Shown here: piece by piece, positions 20,264 to 30,296 of the stretch
Position numbering within the stretch: the first letter of the stretch is position 1
Layout: the number at the start of each line of letters is the position of its first letter
From: an uncultured Chloroflexia bacterium
GTDB lineage: Bacteria; Chloroflexota; Chloroflexia; QHBQ01; JADMIH01
DNA length: 64,000 nucleotides
Direction: 5' to 3'
Assembly (NCBI GenBank): GCA_963797095.1
Contig: CAWCNY010000008.1
Coordinates: forward strand, 64,001 to 128,000
Program-made: the position numbers and the translations under genes
Notes under the pieces: generated by a model
Told to the model about the DNA's origin: nothing
Databases searched by the model: none
The model's input: the letters and a program-made list of their open reading frames with translations, nothing else

Positions 20264-20648
20264 GTTCCGGTGTGTCCTGGTTATCCTGCTCCGAAGTAGC
20301 TCGCTTTGATCTCGGCTCCGATTCCAGCCCCATCTCTTTGCGAAGTTCGTCCACCGTGCCCGGCTTCTCGCTCCCCTCAAGGACACGACTCAAGGCTGCC
20401 ACCAGCCTTTGTGCGTTATGAGGCGAACTTAACAGGTGCGCGGTTTCCATCAGGCTCTCCAACTCCTCCGCCGACACTATGGCGACGTCTCTGGCGCTGC
20501 CGCCTTTGCCGCCTTTGCCGCCTTTGCCGCCTTTGCGCCTGCGCACGATGATAATTTCACGGTCATCGACAGCCCTATCAAAATAGGATGCCAGATGCTC
20601 CCGGGCCTCTGTGTAGGTAGTTTCCACTGTCAACTTCACGTCCCTCAT
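20256..20648 (-). CDS. yefM: Phd/YefM family antitoxin
   Basis: 'TYTEAREHLA', 'SLMETAHLLSSPHNAQRL'. Confidence 0.92.
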   Translation of the reverse strand: MRDVKLTVETTYTEAREHLASYFDRAVDDREIIIVRRRKGGKGGKGGKGGSARDVAIVSAEELESLMETAHLLSSPHNAQRLVAALSRVLEGSEKPGTVDELRKEMGLESEPRSKRATSEQDNQDTPERE

Positions 20649-20649
20649 G

Positions 20650-20690
20650 TATAATCATCACGTACAGCCTTCCTGTACGTGATGATTATA
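20650..20690. promoter_or_regulatory. 18-bp perfect inverted repeat, probable yefM-yoeB operator/promoter
   Basis: TATAATCATCACGTACAG-ccttc-CTGTACGTGATGATTATA, with TATAAT on both strands. Confidence 0.75.
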
Positions 20691-20751
20691 GCTCAAAGGC
20701 ACCATTCAGTCCAGCCCTGATCCGTCAAGCCGGCCGAATCGAGCAGTAAGC

Positions 20752-21004
20752 CTACGCTTCGCCTTCGCCCAACTGCTCGCGCATCCATGCTGCCAGCCCT
20801 TCCTCCAGCGCACGCAGCATGTCACCCATTGTCGCGTACTCGCCCTGTTCTCGGCCCTCCCAGACCATCCCACCGGTATCCAGCGCCCTGACAAACGAAC
20901 GGCTGTAATCGTCCTCCCCAAACTCAATCCAGCCATGGGTCTTCACCCAGCTAGTGATGTGGGGGTACGAGCGCTCGAAAGTACGCGAATTGCTTGCGCT
21001 TCAT
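20752..21004 (-). CDS. small hypothetical protein (probable frameshift just after ATG)
   Basis: 'FERSYPHITSWVKTHGWIEFGEDDYSRSFVRALDTGGMVWEG'. ATG at 21004 is one base out of frame. Confidence 0.6.
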
Positions 21005-21329
21005 TGGCTCCATGGGGTATCTCGGGCTGCTCAGATAGCTCGTGTATCCGCTGATCGGGTCTAAATGTACAGCAATCGATTCTGTATTTCGTCTGCGGTC
21101 AGATTATTGATAATGGTGAGCAGCCTGAGCATGATCTCGTACGGCGAGCGGCGCACTGCCAGAATGATGCTATAGTGTCTGGGCTACCGGGAGCGGCAGG
21201 TCATCAACCCGCTCCGTCATAACAGTGAGATTCTCGGTCATGCCGGGAGCTTACCGCAATTCGCTCAACTCGTCCAGATTCGAGCGAAAGGCATGTCTTC
21301 AGGCCAGGTTTGCTTAAATGTTCGCTCGG

Positions 21330-21640
21330 GCGGCGTTGAAACTCCGGCCACGTCGCGTCCGCGGGGGCGCCATCGGCAGGCTGCCCTCGATAAGCCGCGG
21401 TGAACTGCTTGCCCAAATGCTTTGCCAACGCGGCGGCGAGGCCAGTCTGCTTGCGCACCCATTGCGCCAGGTCGTAGACCGACTTCTCGGCCTGTAGCGG
21501 CACGCCGTCGAAGCCGAGCACCAAGTGAGCGCGGCCGGGTCATTACGGCGCTTGATAAGCCTGTCGTACGCCCGTGTGAACGGCGCCTCGCTCGGGTAGG
21601 TGGTAGGCAGGATGCTGATCTGCACCGCGGCGCAGTATTG
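21330..21640 (-). pseudogene. internal fragment of PEP-utilising enzyme (PEP synthase / rifamycin phosphotransferase-like)
   Basis: Frameshifted 'FTRAYDRLIKRRNDPAALT / LGFDGVPLQAEKSVYDLAQW...WPEFQRR'. Recognised by recall only. Confidence 0.5.
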
Positions 21641-21687
21641 ATCTGGCATGCAAAGCTCGCTTCCTGCGAAGTCCCGACGTCCAGAGG

Positions 21688-24273
21688 TCATGGCGTTTCA
21701 CTTTCGTAGGCACCTATGTCGAAGCCCTTTCCTTGTGGGCGCGGGTATCCCAGATAGTCAAGCTGCATGTTTGTATCGGCCCCAGCGTCTATCGCTGGGC
21801 TGTTTGCTCCGGGGCGATAATTCCCCGTCTCTATATCCAGGAGAGCCGGGTCCGCGCTGAGGCTGTTGGAGTCCCAATCTGGGCAGTCGCCCGCACCGAA
21901 GCAGAGGTTATTGCTTGCGTTGAGCGACGAGGATTGTGCACCCCATTCCTCGAGACTGTAATATAACTGGTCGGAGCGCGCGTACAGGATGTTGTTTTGT
22001 ACGGTTACTCTCCTGTTACCCGCCCTCTCAAGGTATATTTGCGCGGTGCTGTTGTCATAGAAGGTGTTGTTCTGAACATAAACCGTTCCCTGAGGGTCGT
22101 TGACGCGCAAGCCTGGCTCTCCCGAGCCTTCGATAATGTTGTTATAGACATAGATAGTGCCGAGCACCTCTGTGCCGCCATCGCTACCGCCGAGGACGAC
22201 GTTGTTTAGCTCGGCTCCTGAGAGGAGGTTGTCATGAATGCGTATATCCTCGATCCGATCGTTCGCCAGATGGCCGTAAAGCTGTATGCTGCGCCCACCC
22301 TCTTGATTCTGAATCTGGTTCCACCCGAATTCGATATCGCTGTTGGTTCCATATCCGCCTATGTAGAAAGCGTGACCGCGCAGCTTTTCGCCTGGCGTGC
22401 CATTGTTGCTGAGTAAGTTGCCCAGGACTTTGATCTGCGAACTGTCGGTATTGATGCTGAGTGCTCCGCTATCGTCCAATGCGCTGTCATGCAGGTAGTT
22501 ACCTATCACTCTGTGCCCGACCCCTGACAAACTAATAGGATTCATGGATGCTACGAAAGTCAAGTTAGCGATAATGTAATAAGATTGAGCCAGATCGGAG
22601 GTGAGAGTGAGGATTCCGCGCCTTGCGGCAAGGTTACCCAACACAGGGCTTTCTCCGGGATAACCAATGTAGGCTACAGGGCGGTCGGGTGTGCCGGTCG
22701 CCGCGCCGGTGTCGGGATCGAGCATCAAGATGGCATCCCAACCTGGACCTGTGGGGTCCATTTCGCTAAGAGTGCCGCCCCTGATGTAAACGATGTCACC
22801 AGCCTTGAGAAAGTCTCTGGCTTTGTATGGCGTCTTGAACGGCTCATCGAACGTCCCCGGGTTGGAGTCGTCGGCGTTCCCGGCCCCTGGCGCTACGAAG
22901 TATATCTGCCCATCTCTGACAGTGAATGGTAGGGAGTTGCTGGCCTTACCGTTTACCGTGACGCTGATATTTCCCGTACGCGCATTGCCACCCAACTGCA
23001 CGACGATCATATCCAGCTCGCGGGCAAATGCATTGTCCTCTCCCCAGATGATGTACTTTGCCACTTCCTGCCCGCCTATAGTGACTGTAGAGTCGCCACG
23101 GTTCACCCCAAACCCCTCTCCCCACAAAGTGATAAATACCCCCAGGTTGTCCTGCCCGCCGCTATTCGGCCCCGATTCGATGTCACTGAAGAAGAGTCTG
23201 GGCCCTCCCGGGTCGCCGGGCTGGGAAGGATTCAAGGCTATAGCGGTCGGAACTACGCCGGAGGTGGCAGTGGCGTGGGACATCGGCGGCTGAGGAGTGG
23301 GCGGGTCGACCGGCGGGAGCTGAGCTACTGGCTGGAGTTGAGAGCGAATCGCGTCGAACCAGATCCGGGCGATGATTTCATAGCCGCTGGGATTAGGGTG
23401 GTTACCGTCGTAGGACAGCGTTGCCTGGTTGGTGAAGATGGTGGTATTGAAGAAGTCAACGGTGATAGCGCCATGCTCGGCCGCTTTGGCGGTGATCGCT
23501 TCGTTGTAGGCTCTGACTCGGCGCGACATCCTGGCCAGACCGGCTGCGGTAATGTTACCTCCGTCGGGGTTCCTGGCGAATGGGCGCAGCGACTGGTCAT
23601 CGAGCAGTGCAATGAAGGTAAGGGCTCCCGCTCCTCTTAGTGCGCGAAGAGTTGCATCAATATTGATGGTGTAGTTGCCCAGATCCCATTCTTCCTGCTC
23701 AAGGGCGTTGTTGTACCACAGGTCGTTGGAGCCGATCCAGACGAGGGCGATGTGCGGCGTCGACTGAAGAGCGGCGGGGAGTTGTTCAGCCAGTAACTGG
23801 CCCGAATCCCAGCCCGACTTACCGAGGTTGATGACGCGAGAAGCTGGGCGTAGAGTGTTCATCATCTCGCCCAAGCGCCCCGGATAGCCGCCACGACCGC
23901 CGGGATCGTCACCGTCGCCCTCGGTGAGGCTGTCACCGAGGGCGACGATGGTCAAAGGGCCGGCGGGCAGTGGCTGAGGGATTGCCCCTGCATTGGTGGT
24001 AGGAAGGGGAGCAGGCGTGCTAAGTTGAGTAGGCGCCTCCTGAGCGGTCGTCTCGCCGGTTGCTTCAGTTGTAGGTTGCGGGATGGCCTCTTGCGTAGGT
24101 AGCACGCCGGTAGCCTGCGCCACGTCGGTCGGAGGCGCGATCACGCTGCCGCCGGTTGGCAGAGGGGTAGGTGATGTTGGAGCCGCACCGTTATCACAGC
24201 TAGCAACCACCCCAGCGAGGATCACGAGGGCCAGGCTGAGCGCTGTCGTGCCCCTCGTTCGAAGGCGAAGCAT
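21688..24273 (-). CDS. lipoprotein: SGNH/GDSL esterase + IPT/TIG + right-handed beta-helix + choice-of-anchor Q
   Basis: Lipobox 'VASC', P/T linker, 'LGDSLT', 'GSND', 'DGNHP', Asn-rich beta-helix repeats, 'SPAIDAG...RPQG.GFDIGAYE'. Confidence 0.85.
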   Translation of the reverse strand: MLRLRTRGTTALSLALVILAGVVASCDNGAAPTSPTPLPTGGSVIAPPTDVAQATGVLPTQEAIPQPTTEATGETTAQEAPTQLSTPAPLPTTNAGAIPQPLPAGPLTIVALGDSLTEGDGDDPGGRGGYPGRLGEMMNTLRPASRVINLGKSGWDSGQLLAEQLPAALQSTPHIALVWIGSNDLWYNNALEQEEWDLGNYTINIDATLRALRGAGALTFIALLDDQSLRPFARNPDGGNITAAGLARMSRRVRAYNEAITAKAAEHGAITVDFFNTTIFTNQATLSYDGNHPNPSGYEIIARIWFDAIRSQLQPVAQLPPVDPPTPQPPMSHATATSGVVPTAIALNPSQPGDPGGPRLFFSDIESGPNSGGQDNLGVFITLWGEGFGVNRGDSTVTIGGQEVAKYIIWGEDNAFARELDMIVVQLGGNARTGNISVTVNGKASNSLPFTVRDGQIYFVAPGAGNADDSNPGTFDEPFKTPYKARDFLKAGDIVYIRGGTLSEMDPTGPGWDAILMLDPDTGAATGTPDRPVAYIGYPGESPVLGNLAARRGILTLTSDLAQSYYIIANLTFVASMNPISLSGVGHRVIGNYLHDSALDDSGALSINTDSSQIKVLGNLLSNNGTPGEKLRGHAFYIGGYGTNSDIEFGWNQIQNQEGGRSIQLYGHLANDRIEDIRIHDNLLSGAELNNVVLGGSDGGTEVLGTIYVYNNIIEGSGEPGLRVNDPQGTVYVQNNTFYDNSTAQIYLERAGNRRVTVQNNILYARSDQLYYSLEEWGAQSSSLNASNNLCFGAGDCPDWDSNSLSADPALLDIETGNYRPGANSPAIDAGADTNMQLDYLGYPRPQGKGFDIGAYESETP

Positions 24274-24401
24274 GGTAACCTCCTTGTTCGCCCGAGTACC
24301 CGGTCAGTACCCGGTACATGGGTACAGGCATAAGCCGGATTAGGACACTTGCACAAGGGAACAATGAGCATCGGATGCCCTTCTTCGCGCTTTGCCGACG
24401 C

Positions 24402-25085
24402 CTAGCGAGTGCGGGTCAGCGTATATACTGCTGTGTACTTGCTCCCGTCGCCCTGCACCTGGGCCACAGCCGAGGTGGACTGGCCAGGCACCAGGCTATC
24501 GAAGCGTCCCAGGGTGAGCAGGAGGCGATTGGGAGAACCAATCGGGTCATCGTCGGTCGCCTGAACCGCATCATAGATGGAGTTGGCAACTACACCGCCC
24601 AGGGCCATTGGGTCAACGATCCCGGCGGCAAGAGCGTCGGCGAAGTCGACATTAGCGTTCACCATGGCATTACCGATCGCCAGGGGAGCATCTCCATCGC
24701 TTTCAACTACTTGAGTAACGAGTGCTACTACTCCCTGCACATTGCCATTCAGAACGTCCAGATTGGGGACACGACCCTCACCCGCGTCAACGCCATTGTA
24801 AACATCAGTATGCCACATGGTGAGGCTGGGAGGGTCAGCCAGCGTCGCAGCCCTGACCATACCAACTATAACATAGGGTTCGTCGCTGGAAAATAGCAGG
24901 CCGCTATCTTGTTCATTCTGGCAGAATAGCATGGTCAGCCGGATGCGGAACTGCTCCCAGGGCTGTATCTGCGCCAGTGGTGCTGAGCCGGGGCTGCCTA
25001 CAGAGGCCGATGTTGATGCTGGTGCAAGCAGGCCCAGGACCAGCAAAGCCAGTGCTGCTAAGGTGAAAAACCTGCGTCCATTCAT
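24402..25085 (-). CDS. secreted hypothetical protein (paralog A)
   Basis: AAGGAG RBS, signal peptide 'MNGRRFFTLAALALL', 'RIRLT..C..E.D....SDEPYVI'. Confidence 0.75.
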   Translation of the reverse strand: MNGRRFFTLAALALLVLGLLAPASTSASVGSPGSAPLAQIQPWEQFRIRLTMLFCQNEQDSGLLFSSDEPYVIVGMVRAATLADPPSLTMWHTDVYNGVDAGEGRVPNLDVLNGNVQGVVALVTQVVESDGDAPLAIGNAMVNANVDFADALAAGIVDPMALGGVVANSIYDAVQATDDDPIGSPNRLLLTLGRFDSLVPGQSTSAVAQVQGDGSKYTAVYTLTRTR

Positions 25086-25156
25086 TTCTTTTCTCCTTTC
25101 TTTGATACATTTGACAGGGTAGGTAGGGGCGGGCCACAACCCGCCCCACGGATCTT

Positions 25157-25876
25157 CTAGTGCGTGCGCTCGATCTCGAAGGTCAGGGTGTAATCCGCAC
25201 CCTTGCCTACGAAGTTGCGCGTCACAGTGCTGGCTCCGTTCAGGGCCAGGTCATCGAACGTCGTATAGCTAGCGATAAAGCGTGCTGCAGGCCCGATAAC
25301 GTCGTCGTCATCTACCAGAGGTAGCGCGGCGGCATCCACTGCGTCATGAATGGACGTGGCGACGATACCACCCAGTGTCCAGCGATCCCGGGTTCCTCCC
25401 GTCACTGCGCGCACAAAGTCGGCCGTCGCGGCCACTCTTGCCGACTCATAGATCAGGTTTTTCTCGCTGTCGTCGTGTTCGACCACCTGGGCTACAACTA
25501 CCATCGAACTCTCGATATGGCCGTTCAGTACGTCCAGGTTGGGGTATCTGTTATCATGGGGGTCAAAACCGTTGTAGATCCTGGTAATGAAGAAGCTGAG
25601 TCTCGGCGTATTCAGGAGACCGCCAGGCCCTATTGTCGCCAGAATCACATAGATTTCGTCGCTATTGAACACGCCATCCTCGTTGGTATCGGAGCAGTGT
25701 ATCTTGGTCAGCCTGATGCGATGCTGCTCGCCCGGTGTGATGAAGGCTGTGGCCATACCTGGCCCGAGTATGGAGGCCAGACCCCGGGCGTTGGCCCGGA
25801 GCGCAGACCCAGGAGCCAACATACATATAGCCAGTAATGCGAGCGCACACAGCGCGTGAACCTTGTGGGCTTTCAT
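25157..25876 (-). CDS. secreted hypothetical protein (paralog B)
   Basis: Signal peptide. Shares 'RIRLT', 'SDE.YVI', 'PNLDVLNG', 'QVVE.D', 'DDxIG' with paralog A. Confidence 0.75.
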   Translation of the reverse strand: MKAHKVHALCALALLAICMLAPGSALRANARGLASILGPGMATAFITPGEQHRIRLTKIHCSDTNEDGVFNSDEIYVILATIGPGGLLNTPRLSFFITRIYNGFDPHDNRYPNLDVLNGHIESSMVVVAQVVEHDDSEKNLIYESARVAATADFVRAVTGGTRDRWTLGGIVATSIHDAVDAAALPLVDDDDVIGPAARFIASYTTFDDLALNGASTVTRNFVGKGADYTLTFEIERTH

Positions 25877-26115
25877 CTTATTCTCCTTCCAGTACTTGGA
25901 CTGCTGTGGTTAGTTCGATTGTTGTTGCCGTCTTCACGATATCGGATCAGTTGGCGCATCGGCTGGCCGCCTTTGCGCTTGCTGTTCCCTGCCTTTCTCA
26001 TCTCATAAGCCTTCGCCTCCTGTAACGGCTGCCGTCCGACGTTGTCCTGCTCGAATCCTCGTGGTTAGCCGGTACCGTTCGCAATGATAAATCGGGGCCT
26101 TGTGCTATAATTTGG

Positions 26116-28245
26116 GTGCGGTTTCGGTACAGTTCCGGTAGTATTCTTGGGAAACTGGCCCGGAAAGGGGCGGTTTGGATGGGTCGGAGGCATACTCGCT
26201 CGGACGAATTGCACGCTGCGCAGGCCGAAAGATTCGCAGCGCTTCTGGCGGATCTGCTCTACCAGGTCGGCCTCACCCACAAGGAAGTCGCCCAGATGCT
26301 CGGAGTGCCGGTTGGCACGGTTGATTCTTGGACTCGCGGCTCAGATCCCAAAATCCCGTCCGAGACCAACTTGTCGGCGCTGTGTGTCATGCTCAACGAG
26401 CACAAGCCCGGCGCTGGGGTGGAACTTGCCAGCGCCGCGGGCCGTTCCTGGTCGCCCCCTAACCCCGCCCCTAACTCAGCCATTGAAACCGGTCATGAAG
26501 TCCCAACAGAACCTCTCGCTGCTGACGTAACCACAACCTCGCTCGAAGCCAGGGCGGCCTCGGATACGGTCAATCTCTCGCCTATTCAGAGCGCCGTCGT
26601 GAGGGCAAAGCAGGAGGGCAAGACGTTTCTTGCGCCCGCAGCCCTCGTGATGGTCCTGTTGGCACTGTTGGCTGGTGGAGCTATTCTGATGCAGAGCCGC
26701 AACTCGAGCCCTGGCGGAGACCCAACCACCACGCCCAGTGTCAATCCAACGCCTCCATCCGAAGGCGTACAACTGGGAGATCGCCTGTTGGCAGAGCGCA
26801 AGCCCGATCAGGCGTTGAGCGCATATGAGCTGGTGCTGGCCAGCGAATCAAGCAATGCCCAGGCGCTGCTGGGCAAGGGGCGGGCGTTAACCGACTTGGA
26901 ACGGTACGGAGAAGCCGTTGGGGCGCTGACTGACGCATTGGCCGCAAAGCCAGGCGATTTCCAGACTTTACTGGCTCGCGCTCATGTTTATCTCAGGATG
27001 AAATACTGGGGTTACGCCCGTGATGATGCCAACCGGGCGCTTGAACTGGACGAGGCTTCGCTGGACGCTTTGCTGGCAAGGGGACACGCCGCTGCCGGAA
27101 GTAACGCGTGGGCGGAGGCGCTTGCAGACTACGATGCCGCGTTGAAGACTCACTCCAACGACCCCTCTGTTTACCTGGATCGTGGGGAAGCGTACCTGGA
27201 ACACGGGGATGCTGCACAGGCAACCGCCGACTTCAATAAAGCTTTGTCGCTAAATCCCGGGCCCTCGCGCGCATTGGTCGCCCTGGGCCGCACCTACCTC
27301 ACGGGCGATCTGATTCAGCCCAACAGGGCGCTCGAATACTTTAGCCAGGCCATTGAAGCCGAACCAGATAGCAGCGATGCATATTACTGGAGGGGCTACA
27401 CTTACATGGATCAAATAGGGGTGCCTGCAAGCGCACGTGATGACCTTACAAAGGCCATCGACATCGGCCCGGCCAATTCACGACTATACCATGCGCGTGC
27501 TAAAAGTGAGGAGTTGTTGGACGACAGAGAAGCACAACTTGCCGACCTGGACCGGGCGGTGGCTCTCGATCCCAGAAATCCGCAGGTCTACCATTGGAGA
27601 TACGAGTATTCCTACTGGAACCGAGATTACACTCATGCACTCAGCGACCTAAACACCGAGTTGGGAAGCGACAGAAATAACCCGCTGCTACATATCTACA
27701 GGAGCGAGTTGTACCTTCTGCTCGAGAACCCGGTCCAGGCCGAGGTCGACGCACGCCAGGCCGTGGTTCTAGGCCATGAATATGCTCTCACTTATGTCGC
27801 CCTGGCTCAGGCGCTGTCCATACAGCAGAAATACACAGATGCTCTTGCCGAGGCCAACCGGGCTGTGCGCGCCAGCGATCCAGACAACCACGTTGCCGCT
27901 CTTGCCGCAAGAGGATGGGTTGAATTGAAAATGGGGCAGATTAGCCAGGCCACCGCCGATTTTGAGGAGGCGCTCAAGTCCGATGGCTTCAACAGGATAG
28001 CGCTCTTCGGTCGTGCCAGCATCTCTATTGACAACAACCAGTTTGAATCCGCTCTGAATGATATCGAACTCGGTATAAACCAGTATGATCGCTACGGCCT
28101 TGGCTATTTGTTGCGCGCCCGCGTGGCGATGGCCCAGGATAAGCCCGACAAAGCTCGTGCGGATCTATCAGAGGCCCAAGACCGAATCCTGTATCCAGAC
28201 GAGTCTTCTCAGGTCAAAGCGTTACTGGGAGAACTCAATCCTTAG
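26116..28245 (+). CDS. XRE-type HTH + single TM + long TPR protein
   Basis: 'GLTHKEVAQMLGVPVGTVDSWTRG', TM 'ALVMVLLALLAGGAILM', many TPRs. True start may be ATG 26179. Confidence 0.85.
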   Translation: MRFRYSSGSILGKLARKGAVWMGRRHTRSDELHAAQAERFAALLADLLYQVGLTHKEVAQMLGVPVGTVDSWTRGSDPKIPSETNLSALCVMLNEHKPGAGVELASAAGRSWSPPNPAPNSAIETGHEVPTEPLAADVTTTSLEARAASDTVNLSPIQSAVVRAKQEGKTFLAPAALVMVLLALLAGGAILMQSRNSSPGGDPTTTPSVNPTPPSEGVQLGDRLLAERKPDQALSAYELVLASESSNAQALLGKGRALTDLERYGEAVGALTDALAAKPGDFQTLLARAHVYLRMKYWGYARDDANRALELDEASLDALLARGHAAAGSNAWAEALADYDAALKTHSNDPSVYLDRGEAYLEHGDAAQATADFNKALSLNPGPSRALVALGRTYLTGDLIQPNRALEYFSQAIEAEPDSSDAYYWRGYTYMDQIGVPASARDDLTKAIDIGPANSRLYHARAKSEELLDDREAQLADLDRAVALDPRNPQVYHWRYEYSYWNRDYTHALSDLNTELGSDRNNPLLHIYRSELYLLLENPVQAEVDARQAVVLGHEYALTYVALAQALSIQQKYTDALAEANRAVRASDPDNHVAALAARGWVELKMGQISQATADFEEALKSDGFNRIALFGRASISIDNNQFESALNDIELGINQYDRYGLGYLLRARVAMAQDKPDKARADLSEAQDRILYPDESSQVKALLGELNP

Positions 28246-28263
28246 GCATCCATGCCATCAGGC

Positions 28264-28359
28264 TCATAGTAGGAGCAATATCATGGTGCAAGTAAACTCG
28301 TAAGCGCCAATGTCGTAGGCCTTGCCACGTGGCCTGGGCACTCCCTTATAGTCCAACCG
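28264..28359 (-). pseudogene. orphan choice-of-anchor Q C-terminal fragment
   Basis: Translates 'LDYKGVPRPRGKAYDIGAYEF', matching the C-terminus of 21688-24273. Confidence 0.7.
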
Positions 28360-28532
28360 ACTTCGATTTGCTTGTTACTTCCAGAGCCTCCAAGATAGAA
28401 ACCGTGATCTATATGGGTAATGGTTTGCCAAAACATTCATGATCGCGTAAGCGGTCAGAGTAAGCCATGGCCCTACAGGCCACCATTACCGATGAAAATG
28501 GATATACTGGTTCAAGGAGGTTGCCAAGGCTA

Positions 28533-28670
28533 AAGGTCGGCCCCAACCTGGTGCCCCGAGCCTGTTTCAGAGTATGACCTGGGTATCTTCAGGCACCATT
28601 GTCTGTCGCTCCTTCTTGAGTTCTTGAGAAGGAAGCACGTAGAGGAGAATCTTCGCATAATGGATACCCG
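28533..28670 (+). ncRNA. putative IS110 bridge RNA 1
   Basis: Stems AGGTC/GACCT and GGTATC/GATACC. Variable loops match the element's own flank and end. TATACT at 28503. Confidence 0.7.
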
Positions 28671-28730
28671 CTTGGCCTACCTCCTGTCTCCGCCTGTCTG
28701 CTGATTACGCGAAAGGAGGTACAGGCAGCA

Positions 28731-29954
28731 ATGAACATACTTTATGAGCGATGCTGTGGGTTGGATGTTCACAAGAAGAGTGTGGTGGCTTGCTTACTCA
28801 CCCCACAGGGCAAGCAGGTAAGGACGTTCGGCACCATGACTGGCGATATCCTTCAGATGGCAGACTGGCTCCAGCAAGAAGGGTGTACTCATGTGGCGAT
28901 GGAATCGACCGGCGTCTATTGGAAACCGATCTACAACCTATTGGAGGGGGAGTTTGAACTGCTCTTGGTCAATGCCCAGCACATCAAAGCAGTGCTTGGT
29001 CGCAAGACCGATGTACGCGATTGTGAGTGGATCGCCGACTTGCTCAGACACGGCCTGCTGAGAGGCAGTTTCGTACCTGATCGCCCCCAACGGGAGTTAA
29101 GGGAACTAACACGATACCGCACGCAATTGATAAGAGAACGCTCTACTGAGGTCGACCGGTTGCAGAAGACGTTGGAGGGAGCCAATATCAAGCTGGCAAG
29201 TGTTGCCACCGACATCATGGGAGTATCGGGGAGGCAGATCCTTTCGGCGTTGCTGGACGGACAGGTCGATGAGCGAGCGATGGCAGAACTTGCCAGGGGG
29301 CGGATGAGGGAGAAGATACCCCAACTGCAAGAGGCACTCCGAGGATGCTTTGGTGCCCATCAACGCTTCATGCTAGCTCACCAGTTAGCCTTGATCGACG
29401 TGCTAGACGCATCGATTGAGGGGTTGAGCCGCGAGATAGAAGAGAGGGTGAGCCCTTTTCAGTTGGCGTTGGACTTGTTGGTGACGATCAGGGGAGTGGG
29501 GCAGCGCACAGCGGAGGTGATCGTCTCTGAGGTAGGAGTTGATATGAGCCGATTTCCCACATCTCGGCATCTGGCCTCGTGGGCAGGGATGTGTCCTGGC
29601 AACAACGAGAGTGCAGGTAAACGCAAGAGCGGTAGGACCCGTAAAGCTAATCCGTGGCTGAGAACGGCATTAGTGGAGGCCGCTCAAGCAGCTGCTCACT
29701 GCAAACAGAGTTACCTGTCAGCACAATACCACCGGATAGCCAGGCGTGGAGGTGCCAACAAAGCTGCAGTAGCTGTAGGTCATACTATTCTCGTTATTGC
29801 TTATGAGATGCTGACGCATCAAACCACCTACAATGAGTTGGGAGGAAACTACTTCCATGAGCGAGACCGCAAGGCCAAAGAGCGGCGTCTGATCCATAGC
29901 CTGGAGCGACTTGGATACAAGGTTTCACTTGAGCCGGTTGCTTCGGCTGCATGA
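28731..29954 (+). CDS. IS110 family transposase/recombinase
   Basis: DEDD motifs GLDVHK, MESTG, KTDVRD; C-terminal 'ESAGK'. Confidence 0.97.
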   Translation: MNILYERCCGLDVHKKSVVACLLTPQGKQVRTFGTMTGDILQMADWLQQEGCTHVAMESTGVYWKPIYNLLEGEFELLLVNAQHIKAVLGRKTDVRDCEWIADLLRHGLLRGSFVPDRPQRELRELTRYRTQLIRERSTEVDRLQKTLEGANIKLASVATDIMGVSGRQILSALLDGQVDERAMAELARGRMREKIPQLQEALRGCFGAHQRFMLAHQLALIDVLDASIEGLSREIEERVSPFQLALDLLVTIRGVGQRTAEVIVSEVGVDMSRFPTSRHLASWAGMCPGNNESAGKRKSGRTRKANPWLRTALVEAAQAAAHCKQSYLSAQYHRIARRGGANKAAVAVGHTILVIAYEMLTHQTTYNELGGNYFHERDRKAKERRLIHSLERLGYKVSLEPVASAA

Positions 29955-30078
29955 ATTCCAGTTATTTTCAGAGGAGAGGAGTTTGTCATGTCGCTGGGGA
30001 CACCAGCGTATGAATGAAAATGGTTGAGCCACCCCTTGACCATGTGCTATGCTACTCGTTAGGCACTCTGAGCGCAAC

Positions 30079-30252
30079 AAGGTCGGGCTTGGTCTGGTGC
30101 TGCGAGCCCGTAAGAGCAGTTTGACCTGGGTGTCCCGAGGCACCACGTATTGTTGCTCCCATGCCTGTCCAGGCATCACCACTGTTGTGGGTCGGTGATT
30201 GGGTTGGGGATGGGAAGCACGCACAGCAGAATCTGTGATCAGGTGGACACCT
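30079..30252 (+). ncRNA. putative IS110 bridge RNA 2
   Basis: Same scaffold as RNA 1 with compensatory GGTGTC/GACACC. Confidence 0.7.
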
Positions 30253-30296
30253 CGCTCAGTGTCATGGTAAGTGTCATTTGTCTTAGCAATCTGAAC

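Larger units (their letters stand above)
28464..29976 (+). mobile_element. IS110-family element, copy 1
   Basis: Transposase plus upstream structured non-coding region. Left motif g(c/t)catg..cacca..atgaaaatgg and right motif gttattttca are shared with copy 2. Ends approximate. Confidence 0.8.
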
